From Macrostomum lignano (taxonomy: Eukaryota): a DNA stretch of 64,000 nt. The notes beneath the pieces were generated by a model, which was not told the origin of the DNA, made no database searches, and saw only the letters and a program-made list of their open reading frames with translations. This document shows positions 55,566 through 64,000 of this stretch, piece by piece; position 1 is the stretch's first letter; the number at the start of each line of letters is the position of its first letter. A program made the translations under genes and the position numbers. The stretch lies in NCBI GenBank assembly GCA_002269645.1, contig NIVC01001122.1:356682-420681 (forward strand). The letters run 5' to 3'.

Positions 55566-57681
55566 ACTTTTCCAAATACATAGCTCTATAATATATTGGC
55601 CAAACAGGCTAATTGCCTGAGCCAAATTCTCTTACTACTACTGGCATAACAGGCTCCTTAAGCCTGAGCCAAATTTACTACTACTACTACTACTACTTAC
55701 TACAGAACTTGAGTTCTGAAAGCTCACTGCATCTAAAAATTTTCTAGAGCTAGAGCTCTAGAGCTCTTTTTTGAGTTCATTATATTGTTCTTGGTGTTTG
55801 CTTGTGATTAGGCCTAAGCAGAATCCCAAAATGAATTTTTAGATAAGTAAAATTCTTTAAATAAAATTCGGAATTCTTATCTACTGGGTATTTAACATTT
55901 TACTGCCCAACATTTAAACTTTGTCTTGTGGCTTGCGCAGCTTGTGCTGTGCATCCATGCATAGGTGCGTGTTATTTCGTCTGCTGTCAGTTTGTCTGCC
56001 CTGCTAGGGTGGACAGTTCGTCTGCTGTTGTGACCAATAAAAATAATACTTAGCAATAAAGCAGTGAAGCTTGTATTGTCTATATTTGCATAGGTTACCT
56101 AGGCTATATGCCATGCCTTTTATTTTTTAGCTTTGCATTTGCCACCTACATGATATCTCGTGTAAATTTCTATTAGTAATTATTAAGCATTTCAATAATT
56201 ATTTAGTATCATAGGCTTTAATATTAGGTATAGGCATATCCTATCCTATGTTATATAGATAGGGTCTAATATAATAAATGACTCACTCCAAATCAATTTA
56301 AGGCCCTGCCAATTGCCATCCTAGCCCCCTAGGTCCTAGGCCTACTATATGTGCTAGCTTTTTTCATGTATATGTTGCCTATGGCTATGTAGCTATGTAT
56401 AGTAAAGGGTTACTATATTCTATAAGGCCATGTATTATAAAAGTGACATTTCATAAAACTAGATAATTTGCTTAAATAAAAACTACTGAAAATTGATTCA
56501 CCAAAAAGCTTTTGCCAATAGGCCCTAGTAAATTTTCCAAAAAAACTTTTTTTTAAAAGTTAGTTTGCCAAATGCAAAAGCTAAAAAGGTTATAGCTTTA
56601 GTTTTAGGTTCTTTTTGTATACAAAATGTGCTGTTTCTTGTGTGTATAGCCCATGTCATAAGCACCTTGAAACCAAACTCTAAAATTAAAAACAAGAAAC
56701 CTCATTTCTTAAAAATTTTAGGTAGATTTTTCCAAAAAAGGTGGAGAGAGTAGATTTTATTTTTTGGCACAAAAATTGTTTTGCTTTTGATAAAAGAGAC
56801 TTAATATTTATCTTTGATTTGACTTTTACTAATATTTACTCTAGAAGAGTCTTAGTATTCAAATATTTGTTTTTATAAAAATATTTTTTGAAATAACAAG
56901 TATAGGCCTAGCCTAGTTCTTTTTTATATACTGATATATTTTAGCAAAGTATCAAATTATTTACCTAGAATATTTATTTTAAGTACATGTTTTTTTAATA
57001 TGGTTTGTATAGGCTACAATAGGCCTAGTCCCAAATATATACTATATATATAGTATTTTTTGGCCTCTATGTCACATATAAAAGGATTAAATCAAAATTA
57101 TAATATATGCCAATAGATCATGTGGATAATATAATAGACTAGGATTAGGGCCCAAAAAAGGCTAATAATTTCTAAACTTTTAAATGAATGACTGCAGATA
57201 TAACAAAACTATAAGCTTCTTGATTATTGTATTTATCAATATGCTTATATATTATATATTGAATTAAATAATAAATTTCTTTTTATAACAACAAATACTA
57301 TAGGCCTATTGCATTTCTAATATTAAAATTTTATGTAATTAAAATGCAATAATATTTGTTTCTGCACTTATATTGACTTATATAGTCTACATTTATTCTA
57401 AATTTATATAGTTATATAAAGCAAAATAATATCATGTTATGTTTTTTAATGCAGCTAAAATCTTAATCATTTAGAATCATATGATATTAAGAGTTTACCC
57501 AAAAATTTCTCCATAGCATAATGGCATGGTACTAACAGTGGTATATGCCAAAAAAACTTGATTAGGCTGTTTATTGCACATTGCATCTCTTATATCTAAA
57601 GCTAAGTGGATTGATCAATCAACTGGTAGACTAGATTTAATGCGTATCCTCCTAGACAGCTGCCAATTTAAATGTGGGACT

Positions 57682-57710
57682 TATATGAGGGGTGTCCAAA
57701 AAGTAGTAAT
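57682..57710 (+). mobile_element. Mariner-type TIR-like end; a similar inverted motif lies at ~47085-47106
   Basis: TATGAGGGGTGTCCAAAAAGT and, as reverse complement, TACAAGGGGTGTTTCGAAAGTT resemble TA|CGAGGGG..CCAAAAAGT mariner termini; partner ends not found. Confidence 0.4.
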
Positions 57711-58369
57711 ACTTTTAACCATAGCTCTCGTTCTATAGCTTCCTATGATTTAAAATTTTATGAACTGATAGCAGCAAATCTCTTCTACCGACTGCTTTTT
57801 GAATTTTTAAAATTTATACTAGAGAACAAAAGTTATACCCACAAAAGTAACAGTACCTGTATCATAGAGTTACACAAACTATATTGAAATTTATAATAAT
57901 TGACTTCTGCACTCATTCATTAAGAAGGCCATTGATAAATGTCTTTTTAAGCAATACCAAAGCCTAATTGCAAAATGATGCTCACTATGACAGACTAAAA
58001 TTTGTCTATGGATGGGATCATGCGCAGAAAAATAAAGCATTAAATTCATTACTTTACTTGCAAACAGAGGAGCTTGCATTTGCAATTCGTTCATGATTTC
58101 ATTGCCTATACTCAACAACACACATGGATGTGCACTTAGTTGTTGCTCAGCAAAGTACCATCTTCACTCTTTGGGGTGCTGGCCATAGTGCCTCAGAAAT
58201 TCATGCAAAATTGCTCTGCACATGGATCCTCTGTGGTCAGCAAAATGACAGTTTATTGATAGATAGAGCAGTTCAGCAAGGGAAGGACTGACTTGGCAGA
58301 TCAGCATTGGATGGGGCAGCCATATGTTCATTGACCTGATGTACTGGTGGACTCCATTCTGGACAATAG

Positions 58370-59880
58370 ATATGAGAAAGGAGGGATTAAAGATGATGAT
58401 AGAAAGGAGAGAAGAGGGGAGTGAGGTGGGAATGAAGAGGGAGAGAGAAGAGAAGAGAATGTAGAAGGAAGAAAAGAGAGGAAAAAAGGAAAGATGAGAG
58501 GAGAAAGGAGGGATAAGAGAGTACAAAGGAGAGAGAAAAGAGAAAGTAGAGAGGGGAGATGAGACAGGAGACATAAAGAGGAAAGATGAGAGAAAAAGAA
58601 AGGGTAGAGAGAATACAGATATGTGACATGAGAGCAGAGAAAAACAAAAAGAGAGAATAGAGGATGGAGGAGAAAATAGATAAGAGTTGAGAGATAAAAT
58701 AAAGGAACAAAAGGAGATAGGAGAGACAGGGCAAGAAGAGAGAAAAGAGAGAAGCAAGAGGAGAAGGGAGAGAGGAGAGATGAGAAGAGAGATGAGAGAG
58801 CAAAAGAGAGGGTCACCATCATAAACCCAAAAAATCACAACTCCAAAAGCACTTCCCATCATAAACCCAAAATATCATAACTCCAAAAAATAGCATTGCC
58901 CATCATAAACCCAAAATATCACAAACCTGAAATATCATAACTCCGAAAGTGTTAACAATGCCTATCATAAACCCAAAATATAACAAACCTGAAATATCAT
59001 AACTCCGAAAACCAAACTAGTGTTGGACCTTGCTAGAACTTTTGGAGTTATGATATTTTGGGTTTATGATGGGCAATGCTATTTTTGTTTTCAGAGATAT
59101 GATATTTTAGGTTTATGATAGTTCAGGTTTATAATGCGCGTTGCTATTTTGTTTTTTGGAGTTGTGATTTTTCGGGTTTATGATATTTCGGGTTTATGAT
59201 GTGTGTTGCTATCAATTTCAGAGTTATGATATTTTGGGTTTGTGATATTTTGGGTTTATGATATTTCAGGTTTATGATATTTCGGGTTTATGATATTTTG
59301 GGTTTATGATAGAAAGTGCTTTTTGGAGTTGTGATTTTTTGGGTTTGTGATGCCCCCCCGGAGGAGAGATACAAGTACGAGAGAAGAGAAGGAGAGAGAA
59401 GAGGAGAGAAAAGAGGAAGGAGAAAAGGGAAGAGATATGATAGGGGAGAAGAGAGGGGGATAGGAGAGAAGAGAGAAGACAGGAGGGAGTAAAGCCAAAA
59501 GATGAAAGAGAAGAGGAGAAGAGAAGAGGAGAAGGGGGAGAGAAGTGAGACGAGAGGGCAGAGGAAAGAGAAGGAGGAGAGGAGAAAAGAGGGGAGAGAG
59601 GAGAGATAAGAGAGAAGAAAGTTGATAAGAGACAGGAGAGAGTAGAGACCAGACAAGAGAGAAGAGATAAGAGAGTAAAGATGAGGGAAGAGAGAAGAGA
59701 TGAAAGAATAGGGAGGAGAAATGAAAGAATAGATAGGAGAAAGTAGGGAAGAGAAAGAAAAGAGTCAACATGAGAGCAAAGAAAGGAGAGATGATAGATG
59801 ACAGATAAGAGGCAAGAGCAGAGAGGAGAGATTAGAGATGAGAGACCAAAGAGGAGAGAGGAGACATAAGAGAGTCTCAG
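58370..59880. repeat. Degenerate GA-rich low-complexity tract interrupted by a foldback element
   Basis: Purine-rich plus strand at 58370-58810 and 59365-59880; explains the Leu/Ser/Phe-rich minus-strand ORFs. Confidence 0.85.
58811..59359. mobile_element. Foldback (FB-like) element whose inverted arms are built from ATCATAAACCC(A/G)AAAT subrepeats
   Basis: The left start CATCATAAACCCAAAAAATCACAACTCCAAAAGCACTT matches the reverse complement of the right end; ~30-bp spacer at 59010-59040; the right arm has extra subrepeats. Confidence 0.8.
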
Positions 59881-61566
59881 TCTGAATGATAGCAGTAGAG
59901 AAATGGTATTGAGAGGTTCTATACAGGATTTGGAAGATGGAATTTGGGTCATCAGATTCAGCTGATGGATTTCAGGGAAAGGAATTCTGGTGATGGGAGT
60001 TCTAACCCCTTCTTCTCCAATGGAGGAGTTGGCCTCATATAATTTTATAATATTGTTTAAAACCTTGTTGTATGTAAAAATTTCTCCAAAAATAGCACTT
60101 TAGAAAGTATGGTTTGTGTGCATAGTTGGATTTTAGAGATATACCTTGAGATATTGCTATGATAATAGTAAGCTTTTGTATAATAAAGTTAAGGTTATAT
60201 AGTTCAAGTGCAGGATATATTTGCCTAGGAGATACAATAAATATATTGGGATATATATTACTAGGCAACTAGCTATTATATAATTTTTACTTCATTCTGA
60301 TGCAATTAAAAAGCCTAGCTAAATTTTCTTTCATTTAAAAGCCTTAGGTATAAAAGCTATCTACTCTTATCATTCTCCTTTTGAGCTCTATAGTTTTGAC
60401 CAAAGATAGTTATAACTTAAGTTTTCACATAATTTTTGTTATCTTGGTACAAATTAAAAAAAATTGAAAATTGGAATTCCTACTTTTTTTAAGCATTAAA
60501 AAGGTTTTAGGGACCTCTCTTATAATATTATATTATTTCAAATTAGAACTATTGCATTCTAAATAAAAAATAATTCTATAATTAGGAAGAAAGGGGCATA
60601 ATCTTGATATATATACTATTATACATATGAAATTTCTAGCTAACTATAACTAAACCAATCTGGCTGATATAAATTTTGATAGACTAAGAATATGCTTTTT
60701 TGATGCCCTTTTAGACAATTGTTGATTGTTATTTTAAAAAATAAAGTTTACATTCTTAACTTTTTTACCTAGTTTCTCCTAGATTAGTCATAGAACAAAG
60801 TATATGGATTTAGTCAGTTTAGTGGTTATTCATAAAGTCATGATATCATGCATTTTGTGTTAGTTTATTTAGTATATGGATTCAATATAAGTGAAAATCA
60901 CATTTAATATTTAATCACATTCAAATCTTTAAAGGCAAGATTTGAATTGACATACATTTTGATTGACACAAATTAGTTACTAAGGTAAGCAAAAAAGTTT
61001 TCAACAACTTGGACTTGTTTGTGCCTTTGTGTTCTTACTATTTTTATGCATTTTAATTTTTTGCTTAGCCAAAGCTGCACATAGTATGCACATGTGCTAC
61101 TTTCTGTATAGTAAAAAGGAAAGAAATTCCTAGTGAAATTTCATATTCCTAGAAATACAAAATAGAGGACTATCAGTCTGTATATAAGATTATACAATTT
61201 GACATTTCAAAAATTAACATTATGTTTGGGATATCTCTTTAAGAGTATTGTAAGTTTTATTTAGCTTAGAATATAATTTGCACTGCTTTCTATTTGTTTA
61301 AAGATAGATTTAAATAAGAACTTTTGTTATGTATGCAAATTTATAGCATATAAAGAAATAAAGTTAATTGAATCAATATATATATAACATTCCTAGTGTT
61401 GCCCAATATATGAGTATACCTGGTTCATTTGTCCAATGAACTTAGCTCTCAGTTTTGTACTATAGTATATTATATTACTTCGCTCTTATTTAGTAGTCAA
61501 AAAGAATAGATGAGTCATGTAAAACATTAAAGAAGTGTCATGTTGAACATAGAAGATTCATTTGGT

Positions 61567-61797
61567 AATTGCTACAATGTCAAGGCTTGGAGGGAACCAC
61601 TATAATGCTAAGACTATTGGGAGAATTACTGAAATGTCAAGGTTTATGGGGGAAAATTGCTAAGAAGTTAAGGCTTTAGGGTTAGGATTAAAGTGGAAAT
61701 TGCTGAGATTTCAAGACTGATGGGGGCATTACTGAGATTTCAAGGCTCATGGGGGGATTGTTAAGATGTCAAGGCTTATAAGGGGAACTGCTGAGGT
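61567..61797. repeat. Decayed copy of the 30-bp RPL22-upstream minisatellite
   Basis: ATTGCT(G/A)AG..GTCAAGG(C/T)TTA.GGGG units are recognisable. Confidence 0.75.
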
Positions 61798-63650
61798 TAT
61801 TGCAAGCAGAAGTTATAAATGTAGTTTATTTAAAAAATGTATTCTATTCTTTGTTGGCTCCTCAACAGTGAAACAACAGACAATGAAAAATTTTTTTACC
61901 AAGGAACTCTTGGCAAAATAAAACCTGTCAGAAAGTGTCTTAATCTTAAAGTGTCTTGTCTTAATTAGCTCTTAATAACTCTCGGCAAGCTCAGAAATAC
62001 AATTATCTATTAACAAGTTAACAAAGAGAATGTACATGACTGACAATCATTGCATTATTATTAGTTCGATTTTAGAAGGCTCATCATGAAAACTGTTGTT
62101 TACTCGTTTGCAAGCAAGCATTGTACTTTTGCCTTCGCGCATGAGCAAGCAGATGACGAGCTTAGTGTGCTTGTTTTCTGTTGGCTTTAAAACGTGTTTT
62201 GCCAGTCCATGACCGAATTTTTAGTACATCATATTATTAGTACAATGCCGTTAGTCCAACTGTGAGCGCTGTAACTAGGGTTGGATAACATATTTTGGGA
62301 TCTAATTTCCTTGGTCAGAATGGTTTGTGCGTTATCCAGCTTGACTTTGTAGGCTTGGCTCGAAATTAATTATCTAATGCTAAAAATAGCCATTAGCTGC
62401 TAGGCAATTATATTCGAGTTCGTGAGTTTGAGCGTTAGTCAGATACCTGCTAATGATGCACAAAGAAGGATTCAAGTTTCACTTTCGCGTGTCATTACTC
62501 ATTATTTTATTTCCTAAAATTTTCCGACGAAATCTCACGCAAAGTTTTTCTAGATAACTTTGCTTCGATTGAACTGCTATTAGCCCATTCTGCCAGTTAT
62601 AGAAGAGTCGAGCCTTCATGTTGTTGGCGCCAGTCTGTACTTTGCCGCCGCTTATGCACGCGATGGACATATTTTCTAGCCTTATTTGGCCACCTACCTG
62701 CCTTTGTCCCCTATCAATAGTTCTCTTTCCCTCGGCAAGGACCGGTAGACTGGAAGGCTTTTTGCTTTTGGACGCTTAACCTTAAAAAATTCTTATTCCC
62801 ATAGGCCTGTGTACCTCCCCCCACCCCGGGAACCCGATTCACTAATCCCCTCCCTGGCCTGGGCGTAGGCCGGCTAAAGTCTAAATTGGAACTGCTGTAA
62901 TGGGAAGACTGGAGCGAAGCTGTTGGTTCCAAGAGACAGACGCATGCAGGCTGGCTGGCAGACAGGCCACTCTCACCCCCCAGTAAACACGCGCACGGTG
63001 GGCGGTGGAATATTTTGGCCCACTGCTAGGCTAGAATAAAGAGAGAGGAGGGATCTATAGGGGCAGAAAACTTCCCTCCCTAGTCGCTCGGTCGCCTTCT
63101 TCCTCTCTTGGGTGCCCGGGTCCTCTGTGTACACTGGCAGCGCTCGCCGCAATTTGTACAGTCAGCCGGTGTTCCGTTCCCACAGCTGCAGTCCTTCCCC
63201 ACCCCCTCTACCGTTAAACCAAAGCAGTTGGCTTTTACTTCCTCCCCGTTTCCCTGGATTACGGACCGGGAATGCAGTGGAGATTAAGAAAGGGACAGAG
63301 AGGGACTGCAGTCCAGTGTCCAGTTCTCCGCTCAATCCCTCTTCCTAAATCCTCATTTTCTCCCGCTCTGGCGCTTGGCGCTTCCCCATTTTTTTCACTC
63401 CACTCTCCGCCCTCCTGCCCGCCCTTCGCTCCTCTTCCCTTGCCGTTTCCTCTCTCCGGCTCGCAGTACTCTCTGGCAGTCGAGTGCTGTTAAGGGCTTA
63501 TAATCCAGTCTCCCCTCTCACCCCATTGCTTCTCACTGTTCCTCTCTTACTAGCTCGTTTCCAGCTCATGCGAGCGGCTCCTCCATCTCTTTCAACCTCT
63601 CCACCTCTCTTCTCCGTAAGCGCTCGCGTTCTCGTATTTTTCCTTCCACT

Positions 63651-63651
<1 letters not shown>

Positions 63652-63692
<41 letters not shown>
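63652..63692. repeat. (CT)n microsatellite
   Basis: Pure CT run. Confidence 0.95.
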
Positions 63693-63694
<2 letters not shown>

Positions 63695-64000
63695 CGCTCA
63701 CATATTTAGATAGATATAGGCATTTGCATGTATCTCTGCCGCTTACTCCTTGAACGATCAATGCTGCTCAGCCTTTAGTCAGCTTTTAATACTCGTCTCT
63801 GACAGAAGCGAACGCGTTTTTTTTTCAACGCTTTAAGTAGGCTAAGTGACCGCTCCGTTTAGCATTGATTTATTTGCCAAGAGGCATTGACTATTGCCAT
63901 TTTGAATTGGATACTGCTACATATCGTCAATAGTTAGTTGAATTGATTAATCCAAATCTGCTTCCAGTCGGCCGTGTCTGCCCTTGTAGACTCGATTGTA

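Noticed and set aside
58164-59952. Multiple hydrophobic Leu/Ser/Phe-rich ORFs resembling membrane proteins
   Set aside because: Antisense reading of GA-rich low-complexity DNA, open in several frames.
62479-63761. Short ORFs and a minus-strand donor (CAG|GTAGGT at ~62697) in the CpG-rich end of the window
   Set aside because: May be a promoter or first exon, but no recognisable protein or matching acceptor could be supported.
1-64000. Hammerhead ribozyme motifs (CTGANGA...GAAA) in satellites or SINEs
   Set aside because: The few CTGANGA hits I saw lack the downstream GAAA and flanking helices; a covariance search would be needed to exclude them fully.

Overview
This is eukaryotic (animal) genomic DNA with spliceosomal GT-AG introns, not prokaryotic DNA. 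The GC-rich exons, Ala/Ser/Gln-rich inserts and minisatellite-packed introns remind me of a free-living flatworm such as Macrostomum; that is an inference from sequence style, with no search run. I rebuilt five genes by hand with phase-consistent splice junctions: (1) the 3' 19 exons (~2576 aa visible) of a polycystin-1-like receptor (REJ-GAIN/GPS-PLAT-multi-TM channel region), + strand, <1..21151; (2) PAAT/C10orf88, - strand, 3 exons; (3) ZC4H2, + strand, 4 exons; (4) RPL22 and (5) PXMP4, - strand, both with uninterrupted CDS. Most long ORFs in the supplied track are artefacts of tandem repeats. Non-coding DNA holds more than 20 different minisatellite arrays, two tRNA-derived SINE families, several hAT-type MITEs, foldback elements, an internally deleted PIF/Harbinger transposon and a Tc1 remnant. 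The main leads are these. Ten of 18 polycystin introns each carry a private tandem array, and several units contain splice-signal-like motifs, including 14 tandem GTGAGT donors in intron 13. Several arrays grew from seeds inside MITEs. A ~10 kb domain (51.7-62 kb) has almost no CpG, a CpG island at its centre, many TAG/CTA triplets and a cluster of TAGGCCTA palindromes, which suggests a local methylation/deamination regime that may include CAG/CTG. The polycystin has an HT-T GPS motif and a Cys-punctuated insertion in the GAIN domain. All counts were made by eye.
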